64,000 nucleotides of DNA from Vermamoeba vermiformis (GCA_045837725.1 JBEWZL010000162.1:124001-188000), one strand, 5' to 3'. Positions 9,839 through 23,982 are shown, counted from the stretch's first letter. Translations and numbers: made by a program. Notes: a model not told the origin generated them from the letters alone.

Positions 9839-11909
9839 ATGCGAAGTTTTATATTAGCGATTACCTTGTTGTGTTTCGCTGTGTCGTGCTTGGCTCAAGA
9901 TTACGCGCGTGTTCGAATCGTTCACGCTTTTCCTGGCCAGAACGTTAATGTTAGCATTAGCCTTTTCTCGGGAAGCTCCGTCTTTAAGTCTTTCCCTAAT
10001 GTCGGATATAAGGTACGTACCTATAATTGCCCTAACATTTCTCTAACGTTGTCTTGCAGCAATCTACTTCCTGGTTTTACCTTCCTTGGGGCACCTATAA
10101 CTATTCCATATCTCTCGTGGGTCAACAAAATCCACTTTTGCAAGGCAATGTCGTCGTGCAAGACAGCTACTCTTTCGTTCTCGCGGCACTGGCGCAACAA
10201 GGCTCGCTTTCACTGTCCGTCGTGACCGACGACATCAGTACTATTTCTCCAGACAGCTCTCGTTTGCAAGTGTTTCACGCTGCAGTGGGAGTTAATGGCG
10301 CTGATTTTGGCACCGACGACTTTCAGCTCAACAATTTGGCGGACAATCTCGCTTTCAACCAGATCAGTACTTCATCCCAAGTAACACCGGCGACCTACAC
10401 AGTCTCCGTAAGGCCAACCGGCAACACTGGAGCTGCAGTTGCATCGATAACAGTTGATATTGAGGTCGGCAGAGGATTTTTAATTATCGCCGTTGGTACG
10501 GCTGACAGCTCGGATTCATCTCCAGTGGAATTGATCGGAATTGAAATGCTCGACTTTGCCAGCAATGCTAGAGTCTCCTTTGTCCACGGAGTACCCGCTA
10601 ATTTGACCGTCAATGTGGCCGCTGATGACACTCCTATTTTTAGGAACATTGAGTAAGTCGAGGAATGACACGTGTCAAAATGTCAAAACTAACCCATGGT
10701 AGTTACACCGAATCAACAGAGTATTACAATCTTATCCCGAACACTATTGTTTTAACTGTGACCCCTCCTGGCTCGAGTGCTGCTATTACAGTAACGTCAT
10801 TTTTCAACGGCTTTACGGAATCGACTTTCATCGCTAGTTCTGACAGTAGCAACAATCCTTTGGGCATTCTTGTGTTAGATGAAAACGACGCTCCTGATGC
10901 AGGCAAAGCTCGCGTCAGAGTGATTCATGCTGCAGGCGCGGCCCCGACCGTTGACGTCTTGACAGGCAGCACGGTGATTGTTCCTGGAATTGCTTTCAGC
11001 TTCGTCTCTGGCTACTTGCAAGTCAATGCTGGCAATCTGGCTGTTTCAGTCGCTCCAGCTGGGACTACCAACTCGGTCTTCACCACTTCTTTGTCCGTCC
11101 CTTCAGACGCCGTCATCACCGTCATTGCTGTTGGCAATCCGACCGCAGACTCGAGTTCGTTGTCTCGATTCACTTTGTTGGTTGTAGTAGACGCCTTGTA
11201 CGGATCCAATGGCTATGTACGAGGCCTGCACGCCATTGCTGGTGCGGATCAAGTGGACGCCACATCCAACGACAACCCTTTTTTCACTGCGCTAGTGTAC
11301 AAAAACATCACTGGATATCAGAGCGTTGCACCTGGTCTTTACCGCTTATATTTCACGACTCCTGGTTTCGACCAAGCAATTCTCCGATCATCACTCCGAA
11401 TCGACGCTGGATCGTACTTCACAGCTATTGTTGGTGGTCAAATTGGCGGGCAATTAGTTCTCTTCCAGCTACGAGACGATGACACGGCTCCTCAATCTGG
11501 CAACGCACTTGTTCGAGTTGTTCATGCCTCAGCTAGTTCACCAGAAGTGAATGTTCAATTGAACGGAGATACTCTCAGCTCACTCATTTACAAAGAATCA
11601 GTCGGATACGTTCCGTTGTCTGCTGGCAACTATGCAGTTCGTGTTGCCTCTGCAAGTGACAACACTCAAGTTTTAAGTGGCTCGTTGCCGCTGCAAGCTG
11701 ATACAGTTGTGTCTGTTTTTGCTGTCGGTGTTATTAATGACGCGACAAATGGCTTTGAATTGCTGCCCGTAGTAGATTTTGACTACAGAACGCCGTCTTC
11801 GTACATTCCCGTCACTTCTCCTGCAGATCCGGCGACACCCGAAGAATCTGGAGCTATTGTACTCTCCTCAAACATCTTTTTGTTGGTTATTGTCGCTATG
11901 CTCTATTAA
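9839..11909 (+). CDS. DUF4397-repeat surface protein, signal peptide plus GPI-like C-terminus (3 exons)
   Basis: Six repeats starting with (R)VR(V/I)xH(A/G): ARVRIVHA, SRLQVFHA, ARVSFVHG, ARVRVIHA, YVRGLHA, LVRVVHA. Introns near 10013-10059 and 10653-10702. Hydrophobic tail. Confidence 0.85.
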
Positions 11910-12009
11910 AAGTAAATTATAATGATTTTATGAATTATTTCGGTTAAATTTGAAATTAATTCGCAGTTTTATTTACAATGCCTACCCGAGCCAATTAAGT
12001 GATAGTGAA

Positions 12010-13402
12010 TTATTTACGAGCATCAATGACGTCAGTAATGCTAATTTCAAGGTCGTCATAAGAGCACTCGAACAAACAAGCGCGTTGAAGCAGATCAAAC
12101 AAATAAACTCCCTTCTTGATCTTTCCGCCAGTACCACGAACCATTTGATTGACGTAATGGTAGGCGTATGCTCTCGTCTCGACGTCGCGTTTGAAAAGGT
12201 CCAGATCTGGATGGCCTTCAGTTGTATCCACTCTCTGTTTCTGCCACCAAGCAAGAGCATAGAATGCATATCGATCGGTAAATACTGTCACTTCAGGAGT
12301 ACCAAGAGGTTCATTAGGCAAGTCTAACTGGCCTGGATCGAAAAAACGTAAGAAAATTTCCGAAATTGGAAAAAAAATGTCATTCAGTGAAACTTGCCTG
12401 CGACGTGCTCAGGAATCCACCGGACCATATAGGGATGAAGGGTAGTCCACTTAGCAAGTGCTCTAGTGACGACTTGGGGTCCTGCAATATCCCATTTTAT
12501 AGGATCGTAGATTGAGACCAATAAATGCATCGCGAAATACAAAAATGGGTGTCTTTTGTCGAAAATCATCACCGCACCTATTATTGTACGTTAGAAAAAG
12601 TTAAATTTCAGTTTTAACTTATTTCGTTTTCTTATTCTTTCGTGATCAACTTACCATTGATTTCTCCCTTTCCAATAGCTGTTGGGTGCTGAACTCCAAG
12701 TGCGTTGCGAATAGATGCCACGTTTCGTATCACAATTGCGTCCGTATCTAAATAGACGCCACCATACTTCCATAAAACTGCGAGTCGCATCGCATCAGTG
12801 ACATGACTGAAGTAATTTGAACCTTTCTTCCATTCCTCGATGTTCTGCGCCCATCTAGCAAGAGGTGTGTCTTCAAATAGCTTCTCCGGCTCGAGTTTGT
12901 GATGTACAACGGCAAAAGATCGGGAGGTATAAAACGAAAAATCGTCAATGCTCATATCCTTCGTAAAAATGTGCACTTTGGCTTTAGGATGATACTTGAA
13001 TATGCTGTCTATCACCCTAAAATGTTTCAGCTTGAAATCTTCGCGTTTAGTCGACCATAAGAGAAAAAAGTTGAGCGGATCTGGCGAGCACTTCTTTTCC
13101 ATTGAAAGCAAATCTTTATCCACTTCTATTTCCTCCATGCAACGTGTGTCGCCACTGTCCATAAATTCATCGATGATGGGGCCACTTCCGACTTTGAAAT
13201 CCGGATTAAAACAATCTTGTTCTATTTTCTCCGGGTTGTTGTTATTCTTATTGTTGTTATTATTACTTGGAGGTGATCGTCCATTTGTTATGATGATTAA
13301 TAATATTACAAGAACAACAGCCAAACAAAATATAAAATTGCGTTTTTTCGCTGCAGCTCCACCCCAGAGCCTTCCAATAACGTTATTGGAGTCGTGCTGC
13401 AT
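12010..13402 (-). CDS. GT32 alpha-1,4-glycosyltransferase (A4GALT/A4GNT-like), type II membrane protein (3 exons)
   Basis: N-terminal TM, SHVTDAMRLAVLWKYGGVYLDTD (DXD motif), GPQVVTR, and C-terminal AYAYHY. Confidence 0.9.
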
Positions 13403-13945
13403 CGTGTTAATCTGCGAGATAAAACGCGAAAAATAGTTATTCAACGGAAACATGACAGATACGTCCACACAGGAAAATTTTTGTTTGTGAGATCTCGGAT
13501 GATGCCATGAGTGCGTCAAAGGATGCTTTAATGCTCAATCCCTTGCGAGGCGCATTCAACCACACATATAGTATGTTTTTAATTGCGAATCTCTATTAGT
13601 GCTTGAAAAGCTTTTGACAATTTACTTGATCAAGGATCGTCAACGCAATTCTTTTGATAGCGTCAAGGGTAATTACAATTTACAATGTAAATGCTATTCT
13701 ATTAAACAAGGGTCATTAGGTCAAACTTAAATCTAACTCAGATCTGAGCAAGTTCTGAGATCGATCGGGTAAGATCACGTACCCAAGGGACACAATTATG
13801 GCAATCAAAGCATTTTTTCGTACAATTAGTTATTATAGACCAGTAATATTGTGTTTGTCTCGCGACGATCGACCGAGTAGAATTTTCTTTGGATCTTTTT
13901 TTTTAGAGAGCACATCCATTGCAACAACACACAAAGGTCTTCAAC

Positions 13946-16900
13946 ATGCGAACTTCTTTGCTCGTATTAGCATTATCTTTTGTGTATCTCTCGTCGGTAT
14001 TCGCCGATAGGACGTGTACCGCAAACGATTTCATTCCACAATACACTGCATGCGACAGTCGTGGATTTAGGAACGTTATTTATTATTTAAATCCGCAAGC
14101 CCAATGTACAATTGGAGCATATCAACCTCAAAACGTATTCAACTTGCCCTGCAGTAAGTAAAATTATTGGATCGAGAAAATATTTTCGAAAAGTTGAAAA
14201 TATGCTGGATTCTCAATTAACCAATAATTTTGTGCAGATATTACTTGCAGTGCTGGTGAATACTTGCCAATTGGTTCAACTACTTGTTCTAGTTGCTCCG
14301 CTGGTCAATTCAGTTTGGGAGGCGGCATCAGATTGGCTGAATGGAGCGTAAGTAGACGACTAAACAACCGTAATCTACGTGATAAAACACGTCATAATTT
14401 AATTATATAATGAAATCGCTGACGAGGCTGATAAAATATTTGAAATCCGTTACGTGAATCTAATTGGATTTGGTGTGCAGGCCGATTTTGCCTGGGACAG
14501 CTGGGAACCTTTAGGCCTTACTTTCAGAACATTCTGCCTTAATAATACAGGCACCGTGGATCCTCCTGGTAACTGCACTGGGTAAGTCTAATCCAAATCC
14601 AGAGAACGAACTAAAAACTAATATTCTCATTAATAAGCTGGAAGATTGAAAATGGTTTTATTTATTCTGGAGACACTGACGATGATAAAATCTCAATTTT
14701 GGAATTGGGTTTCAGAGTAAGTACCCGATCAAACAAACCAAAAAATCCTCAATTATATTATTGAAAATGCTAATTATGATCAACAAATAATTTTCATTCA
14801 ATTTCTTGTTTAAATACGTAAACTCTCGAAATTTGAACTTTTCTTTCAATATTTCGCGTTTGTCTTCGCCTCTTATTTTATTGTGAACTGTAATTAACGT
14901 GCGAATATTCAATAGTTGGTTGCTCCTGGTTACATTCGATTCTTCTACCAAGTCGACGCTGAGCGTGGATTTGACGGTCTTCGCTTCGTCGTGAACGGCG
15001 TTACAGTGATGCCGACGACCTCCACTGTGCCCGAGTACGTCGAATTCAAGCACTTTATGGGCATGGGCGTGCATACAGTACAATGGCAATTCGTCAAGGA
15101 CGCTTGTTTGTCTCGTGGTGACGACAATGCCGCCATCAAGGTAAGTCCAATGTGACATTTCTGATGAATAATCCAACGCGATATTAATACTATACGACTA
15201 GTTTATTGAGATTAAAGGCTTGTCCTACGCCGACGACTACTGCTCGTTGTGCCCCGTGGGTTACACTTCCACTCCTCGCAGCTCCGAATGCACGATTTGC
15301 CCTTCAAACACCAAGGCACCCAGAGAAGGTTCTCCTCAATGCGCTCCTTGCGAAGCCACCGAGTACTCATACCCTGGTTCTGTTGAATGCCAACCTCGTC
15401 CTCGTAAGTCACTTTACAATTTCAGTTTCCTTTGACACGCGAATTAATTCTTTGTGTTTTAAAAGCTTGCACTGAAGCTGACTACGAAATTTCTTACACT
15501 CCTTGCCGTGACCCTGGTGTGCGTGACATGCAATTCGGTTGGGCTCAACCTAAGATTTGTAACGAAAACGCCCAAGGTGCCGTTCAACTTCCTCCCACTC
15601 AATCTAACGTTGGCTGCGGTAAGTAGCGTAACACGTGTATATCGCACTTGTGCCTTAGACTCATCACATATATCCTTTTAGCTGCTTGCAATGCCGGTTT
15701 CTACCGTCCTGCTATCGATTCTGTTCGTTGCTTCCCTTGCCAGAACAACACTTGGTCCGGTCCTAATGCCATTCGCTGCCGTCCTTGTGATGCTGGACAA
15801 GTCGCTCCTCGCATGTTCATCATGGAAACCTTCGAGGAATGGCCCACTGGTGTTTCTACTGCCTGCACTGGCGATTGTGGTACTGATGGTTGGAGATTGC
15901 GCTACGACCACATTGACAGCGGTGAGGGTCACGGTCGCTACGCCAGCGTTCAATTCGGCTTCAACGTCACTTTGGAAGATGCTGGAGAGCTCAAGTTCAA
16001 GTACCAATTCAACTGCAGCTCCTACTGCACTTTGTCAGTGGTAAGTACTGCTACTCATATTATAATTCGAGCAGTTCTTAATCAATCTACATAGTCCTCT
16101 GCAGGCAAGTTCAGCCGCTCTTTTTACAGCATGTTCTACGGTGATGAAATTACTGAGCGCACTTTGGCTTTGGCCGCTGGTGAGCATCAAATTTCGTTCC
16201 ACTTCCAAGAGTACGACGACAATTTGCAAGCTCGTAACGACAAGATCCGAATCTACGTAAGTACAAAATGTGACAAATGAACCACACGAAGATACCAGAT
16301 TAATCCCAAATGCTCTTCCTTAATAGAGTGTTTGTTTCATGCCCTGGTTATATTCATTTATCGATTATCAATTTAATTATCTTTCATTACGCCCATTATT
16401 AACGATAACTTAGTCTGTCCGTGTGAGCAACGTCATCGAAGGTCAAGGTGGTGCTGAAGGTTGCACTGACTGCATGAGCGGTACTTACGCTTCTGCCAAT
16501 GAACCTCGCTGCTTTGAATGCGGCCCTGGTCGTTACTCCAACACCTCTGAAGGTCCTGTCACTGAATGTACCGTTTGCCCTGCCAACACTTTCGCTGAGG
16601 GACCTAGATCCGGCGAATGCTTGCCTTGCGGTTATCGCACCACTTCTGCTCCTGGTTCTAGCGAGTGCTACACTAACTGCACATTCAGCATTGGTACTCA
16701 CAACTACGACTTGAATCCCTTGAGAAAGTGAGTGTTATAGCTTTTCATCCTATTGGCTCGAACTAATCATTGACTGCAGGCCTGACTCTGACATGTACGG
16801 TCCTATCTATGATACTCGTACCGACCACGTGTACTTCTTGAACGTTTGCACCAAGCAACACTCGAACCACTCTTGCTTCGACCGTGAAGGCCGTCCTATT

Positions 16901-19900
16901 CCTTCATTCGCCTGTCAAATCACTAGTCTCGGCTACGGTGTTGATTTGGGTCACGTCATTGGCTTTGGTGAATCTGTGAATAGCGGTCCTCGTAACTCGT
17001 TCGTTGTGCGCTACACTCAAGGTACTCTTGGCTGCGCTGGCCGTAACAACTCCAGCCCTGCCTTCCCTCGTTCTTCCACCGTCAACTTCATCTGCGACGA
17101 TCAAGCTGGTATTGGTTACCCCGAGCCTGCTGATGGTGGCATTGAGCGTGCCGAAACACCTTGCCAGTACTTCTTCAAGTGGCGCACTGCCTACGCTTGC
17201 CCCTTGTGCACAGCCGACGATTACACTTACTACTACACCGAGTGCAAGAGCGGATTCCAATCCAAGGTCTACACTTGGAAGAACAGTCCTAAGGTCTGCC
17301 ACGACGGCGTCAGTTTGCCCGCCACTGAGCAAAACTTGCCTTGCGCCGACAACGACAAGATGATTTGCAAGCCTGGTGAGCGCAAGGTCGAAGTCTGCGA
17401 AGGCTGCCCTACTGGTCAATTCTCCGTTGGTGGTGGTAATGTCTGGCAAGAATGGAGCTCTATGCCCGAAGGATTCACTCCGAGCTGCCAAGGCAATCAA
17501 AACTGCTCTCCATGGCAACCTAAAGGTTCAGTCCTCGTGTCTGGCACTCCTGGCTCGAGCGTCAACTTAGTCGTCAACTTTGTTCGCCCTGGCGCTGTTC
17601 GCACTCAATTCTTTGGCTTGTTGATCTTTGGTCGTCACTTGACCATCTCGCTCGACGATCAAGTCGTTGCCAAGTTGTCCGAATCTTCGTTCGAAGGCTA
17701 CGAGCACAAGTTGCCTGTTGAAGTTGGTACCCACAAGATCACTTGGACTTACTCTCTTGACGAGAACGCTCCTACGTAAGTTGCGGACTTATTTTTAGAT
17801 CACAAAGAAATTGTTACCTACAATGCGATTGAACTTTCTTACGATGAATTATCGCTGACTATATTAATTCATAGTAACCGCCAAGATATGGGATACGTTG
17901 CTATTCAGACTATCATTGCCGAAGGTACTAAGTGGAACGATGCTTCTTGCGTGAAGTGCCGTCCTGGTTATCACCAACCTTACACCAACTCGACCAATTG
18001 TTTGGAATGCCCTCGTAACTCTTACCAAGCCGCGGAGGGTCGCTTCGAGTACGTAACATTAGTACCAATATTGCCCCATCACTAAGTTGACTAACGTCTT
18101 TATTTACAGATGCACTGCTTGCCCTGAGGGAACTTACTCTCCTGCAGGTTCATCTAAGCCTTGCATCAACAAAGCAGCTTGCACTGAGAATGACTACATC
18201 CCCGTGTACACTGAGTGCAGAAATGGATTCTACAACCAAACCTACGCCCTCAAGAAGCCTGTTATTTGCAAGGAGACCACAGCTTACAGACCTCCTGCTC
18301 CTCAAGAATTGACTTGCACGTGCCCTGACGGCCAATTCAAAAACGCAGCTGGCTTGTGCGAGAGCTGCCAACCTGGTTACTCTTTCATTGAAGGCAGATG
18401 CAAGCAAGCTCAACGCGGATCTGCTGCTATTTTGGTGAAGGATTTGTTCCCTAGTGGCCGCACCTCAGCCAGCATTGCATGTGCTCACGACACTGGCTGC
18501 TCTGGTGAGTGCAGAACTTCTTGGAGATTGCACCGTGAAGGTATTTCTTCTGGCATTCAAACTGGTCCTGCTATTTCACACATCACGATCCCCGTTTCAA
18601 TGGCTATTGACGGCAGCTTGAACATTCACCACGTGTACATCAACCCGCCTAACCAACCCAAGAACTTCTTCCAAGTCTACGTTGACGGCATGTTGGCCTA
18701 CCACACTGCCACCACCGACGAGAACATCGTTGTTTCTTTGCAACGTGACAGCAAGAACATCGTCTTCGTCTGGCACCAAAACACCGTTGCCGAGGCTGTT
18801 GTTTCCCACGCTACGATCATCGGTGCTACTGACGGCATTCCCATCCTCCGTCAATGCCAACCCGGTACTTTCTCTTCCACCACTGGCGCTACCACTTGCA
18901 CTCCTTGTGCTCCTGGTTCTGCTGCTGACCAACCCGGTTCAACTTCGTGCAACAAGTGCGAGGAGAATACTTTCGCCGCCACCTCTGGTTTGGCTAAGTG
19001 CACTCCTTGCGGTTCTGGCAGTTTCTCGACCAAGGGAAGCTCGTTCTGCCAGACCACTTGCAACTTCACTATTGGCGACAATCAAGTCAACTTGAACGGA
19101 TTGAAGCCCGTGACTGTCGAGACTGTTGCTGGCAACAAGTACTTGATCAGCTTGTGCGAGATCTTGGACAGCTCTGACTGCGTGGACGAGAAGAACGCCA
19201 ACTTGCACACGCACGTCTGTGTCACTCGCGGTAGCACCAAGCGTGGCATTGACTACGGCAAGAACTTCAACTTCGCTCCTTTGACCTCCGACAACACTAT
19301 TCGCAGCCTCAACGTCACTCTTGACTTTGGTGAGGAGTGCTCTTCTAGCGACCCGACTCAACCCGTGCAATTCAAGAAGACGTAAGTTGTCTCGGTATTG
19401 ATGTTACAGAGTCATATCTAATCGTCCTCTATAGTTTCATTACCTTCCACTGTGATGTCTCGAAGGGCGTGGGCGAGCCAGTGTTGAACACTGAACGCAC
19501 TAAGTTCACTGATCAATGCGAGGACTTGTACTTTGACTGGTACACTTCACACGCGTGCAAGGTTTGCAAGTTCCCCGAGGACTTTGAGGTACGTTCGAAG
19601 GTGCACCATCTACGGCTACCAGATCTAACCCATTTTTTTTTACAGAACTTGGGAGCTTCTGAATGCAAGGACAAATTAAACACTGTTAGCTACGGACCCA
19701 AGGGCGATTGCATCAACTTGAACTACGCTACTCCTTATCAAAAAGAAGAAGAATGCACGCCTCAAGGCTTCTCGACCATCGGAGTCGTGATCGGCATTAC
19801 TGTCTTCATCTTGTTGGTCGCAATTATGGCTACTGGCTTTTTGATCGTGTACATGAAGAACAGAAAATTGAGTGCCCAATACACGTTGTTGAAGGACGCG

Positions 19901-19951
19901 CACGCAAACAGATTAGACGTGGCTTTGGATGACAGCGATAACGAGTTGTAA
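13946..19951 (+). CDS. ELAPOR/KIAA1324 (UPF0577)-like type I membrane protein with Cys-rich repeats and two MRH-like domains (multi-exon)
   Basis: Signal peptide. Repeated CT..DY...YT.C motifs, GYIRFFYQVDAE, and TNFR/ephrin-like CxxCxPG repeats. Two MRH-like domains (NYDLNPL...CQYFFKWRTAYACPLC and QVNLNGL...DLYFDWYTSHACKVC), TM helix, tail with YTLL. Confidence 0.85.
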
Positions 19952-20113
19952 AGCAAAATATTGTTATTATTTATAATTTAACTTTTTGAAAGCTCGAATT
20001 TGTAAGTAAACCTAATTTTTAATTTAAACGCGTTTTCTACTTATTGCAGGTTGGTCCATAAGTTTAGGTTAAAATATATTTCACTTAAGTAGATCGAGTG
20101 CTTTCGGCAGTTT

Positions 20114-21542
20114 TTAGAACAAGCAAGCCACTGCTAACACCACGAGAGTACCAAGAATGGAACTAAGAACGGAAGCACTGCTGGTCTTCTTGACTGGCGA
20201 GCTCACTGGAGCAGCTACGGGCGCAGGAGTAAATTGAGAATTTGGAATGCCGTAGAAGGCAGAGGGGAAGCCCAAACCACCAGGACTAGTGGCAGTGGTG
20301 TTCGTGAGGAGAGTGAGCACGTGGGTGTTTGTCACCACTGAGACGTAGCCATAAAAACCAATCTCAGTGCGGTTGGATTTGGCGATAAGTTTCCAAGAGT
20401 TATCAACTTGGCGTTGGAAGAAGAGAAGAGATCCAACGCCAGTGGTTGGCGCTTGTCTCTTCTTAGAGGGACCATAGCCATCGTATGAAGCAGTCACCAC
20501 GAACACGTCGTTGTTGACAAAGGCATGCGAGTACCCGCCGAGATTGACGAAGCCAGTCACCGGCAAATCATCCACGCTGACCGCTGTTTTGACCCATTGA
20601 TTGCCAGATTTGGTAAAGAACGCGAGATAGCCATATTTGGTCTTGCCAGGCAATGCATTGGTAGAACTCAACGCGACTATAGTGTCGACGCCGTTGTGGT
20701 TGTAGCTCAAAGAAGCGAAGCCCAAGCCATCATCGAAGCTGCTGTCGTACTTCCAGCCTCCATCGTTGGTTCGAGCGTAGATCTGGACGGTGCCCGTGCT
20801 GTTTCGCCAGAACAAAGTGTTGTTGTTTGCAAGGCCAGGAAAGAGCGGAAAGGCTAATACGCCATCAATAGGGGCGGAAATGGATTTGTCTTGCTGCAAG
20901 GTCCACTGGCCGTTGCCCGTGTAAAACATCGTTTCAAATTTATAGCCGACGCCGAAATAAACCAAAGTATTGTCGGGCAAGAGGAAGTATAGATTGGCCG
21001 GCTCTTTAATAGTAGTCTCATCCACTAGTTGATTCGTAGAGTTCAAGCGGAAGAGGCGCAGGTAATTGTCGGATTTACTTTGGTACCCCATCCACTCGCC
21101 GTTGTTGTGCACTCGTAAATCTTTAGGACCAGTGGCTGCTTGGCTTGCAATTTTAGTGATTTGTCCGTTGTTTCCTTGCTTGAAAACTGCCACAGAGAGG
21201 TTTCCAGCGACGTTCAGATCATAAGTGAATCCGAAAATTATATCTTTGGAAGCAGCGAAATTATCGTTAGCTCCGTCAGCATATACAATGTTATCGCTGA
21301 CCTTAGTTGATGTCAAGACCTAAGAGAATTGCAATCAGTATTTATCGGTTAAAATTTTCGGCAGTTGCGCCAAAAACTTTTGATCTGATCCTGCCGATAA
21401 TAACCATCGACTCCTCGTAATTGTTAAGATACATCTAAATTATGCAAAAGAAGAATTTAATCAGTTTAAAACGACTTACATTAAAAGCCGAGGAATAAGC
21501 AACCAAAGCCAACAGTACGAAAAGTACAATTTTGCCGCTCAT
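20114..21542 (-). CDS. Secreted beta-rich (propeller-like) GPI-anchored protein (2 exons)
   Basis: Exon 1 MSGKIVLFVLLALVAYSSAFN, intron about 21479-21320, then a 400-aa exon with repeated V(Q/A)IF.R/K....W motifs, an AP/SP stalk and a hydrophobic tail. Confidence 0.75.
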
Positions 21543-21824
21543 GGTTTAATTTGTGTTGCAGCTAAGGAAAGTAAATAATTGAATGATTTAGTCGCGCTAA
21601 CGTCGAATTGTGTTGCACGTGGTTTGGCTATTTTTGGGATCAAAAAATAAGTATTGCCATAAAAGGGCAACTGTCGGACGAAAAACCCGCAGTTTAGCGT
21701 TGTGTACGATAAAGTCGCTCCGCTGAAGTTTGCGACGCTAGGCTACGATTCATATGCCATTTAACTTTCCAGACGCAGATCGCCATTTTCGAGCTAAATT
21801 TTTTTTTTTCGTTCTATTCCTCAA

Positions 21825-23982
21825 TTACAAGAAGTAAAGGAATAGATTTGAATTTTTCTGCAACGCCGCTGCGATTTCTTCGTTATTATGCATGCAAGGA
21901 ATGTTCTTTTCGTGAGCGTAGGCAACAACATCGTCAAAATTGTAACGAGATGCATTCCAACAAACAGCGCCATTAGCCTCGCAACCATTGTCTATGAGGT
22001 ACTTCAACATATCTAGCTTGCCCACTCTGGCTGCTGCTGCGGTTGTGTAAGTTGTCCACGGACCTTGCGACCAAAAGTTAATAAGATGTGAATTATTATT
22101 ATAGCAGCACTTACATCCATGTTCGTGTGCATATTTTATCAGCTCTGGAAGAGGCACCATAACGAATAGCACTGGTACACACTTCACCTTGCCATACTGC
22201 GCCGTTCTCGTGTGCGTATTTGAGACAGTCGAGCTTGTTAGCGATCGTCAGTAGAAATACAAGTGCTAGGGTCCCACGTAAAGCCGTGCTCGTGGGCGTA
22301 CTTAAGAAAGTCTAAGTGTCCTGACAGTGAGGCGTTGTGACACGTCAACGGATCCAGTTGACACCCCGTCTCGACGAGGTACTGTAACACTTCTACATTT
22401 CCACTGAGGGCTGCAAAGGCGCTGATCATTGGGTGCCACTGGCCGGCTCGTTCATGAAGGCATTTCAACACGTGCAAATGTCCTCTGAGTGCAGCGTTCA
22501 GATCGGCAATGTCGCATCCATCGGGAAATTTTTCCTTTCGCAAGCAGCAATAACAACGCATTGAATGCTCGTTGACGGCTAGTTCCGTGGTCAATTGCGC
22601 GCCGTTGTCAAAAAGATACATCAAAGAGTCCAAGTCCCCTTTCAACGCAGCAACGGCTGTGCACTTCGGATGGATGGGACAACCATTGTCAACGGCATAT
22701 GTGAGCACGTTGACGTCGTTCATGGCGTTCAATGTCGTATTATTGTCCCAAGGGCAGCTGTTCTCGTGCAAGTACTTGAGGAATTTAAAGTGTCCATGTT
22801 TAGCGGCCATAGCACACGCTTGCTCGTTCCACGGACAGCCCTTGGCTCGCAAGTACTTCAAGCACTCCAATTGATTGTTTTCAGCTGCGGCTTCACAAGC
22901 ACTTTCGGATAATATGCAGCCATTGTCCAATGCATATTTTAGGATGTCTAATCGTCCTTTGCCAGCTGCAGCAACGCAAATGTCGTCATCTAATGTGCAG
23001 CCATTTCTGTGCGCGTGTAGAACGAGATCGAAGTGTCCTTCCCTTGCGGCATCGGAACAAAATGACGTATGCAAAGTGAAGCCATTTTCAAGCAAGTAAT
23101 CAGTGCATTCGATGGAGCCTGTTCGCGCAACTTCTCGCATTACCATGTGTTTGAGTTGCTTAAATGGCACCTCTTCGAGGTTTTCAAAGGCGAACTTCAC
23201 ACAGGCCAGATCGCCACTTGCAGCAGCTTCATAAAGGACGCAAAAATCATCCCATTCACATCCACGTTCGCGTAGGAGCTGTAAGCATGCGAGACTGCCT
23301 GTCCTTGGCAGCTTCTTCGGCAGTTGTTGAGTTGCAGTTGCAATGATTGTCCAACGCATACTTGAGGCATCGTAAACTTCCTCCAGCTGCAGCTTTGTCG
23401 CTTGTTTCCTTGTCTAACGGACATCCGTTGTCGTGCAGAAACTTAAGGCAGTCGAGTTGATCGTGAAGAGCTGCTTCTGCGCTGACGGAAGAGGTCCAAA
23501 CTAGGCCGTTCTCGTGCATGTATTGAAGGCAAGAAACACTTCCACTTCGGGCTGCAGATAGCATTACAGTCTCGTCCCACGGACATCCATGCTCGTGTAA
23601 GTATTTTAAGCAAGAGAGCTGGCCACCTAATGCTGCAGCTGCGGTCGAAGTGACATCTCCAGCAAATCCGTTCTCGAACAAATAAATTATGCAATCAAGG
23701 TATCCATTTTGTGCCATAAATTGATAGCATTCAATATGATTAAAATTGACGCGATTTTCTTTCAAATAGCTCGCAAAAAGTGATTGAATCCGTTTTGAAA
23801 CGTGAGGAACGAAAAATGCGGCAAAAAAATGCCCAGTCTCTTGTAATATTCGTATCCAAATATCCAAAGGCAGTTTCCACTCTATACTCTGATGATGAAA
23901 GTCAAAAAAAATTAGATTCTGCGCCGTTTAGTTTGAATTCAATTAGTGCTAGCACGTAGTTAATCAGTACCTCGTGATCCAT
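21825..23982 (-). pseudogene. F-box-like + ankyrin-repeat protein (LKYLHExGCPWD-type repeats) with three apparent +1 frameshifts
   Basis: N-terminal LPLDIWIRIL, then many AA..G.L.CLKYLHE.GCPWD repeats. Repeat register continues across frame changes near 23303, 22250 and 22150. Introns near 23970-23919 and 22113-22065. Confidence 0.7.

Noticed and set aside
15678-19903. Many alternative-frame and antisense ORFs within the ELAPOR-like gene
   Set aside because: Explained by strong codon bias of the real exons.
21825-23982. Programmed +1 frameshifting or deletional RNA editing as the cause of repeated +1 breaks (also at about 5049)
   Set aside because: No shared slippery motif; the extra bases fit short homopolymers; conserved housekeeping genes in the window showed no such breaks. 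Decay or sequencing indels are simpler.
21825-23982. Endogenous giant-virus region
   Set aside because: Only one ankyrin gene, with introns, and no viral core genes nearby.
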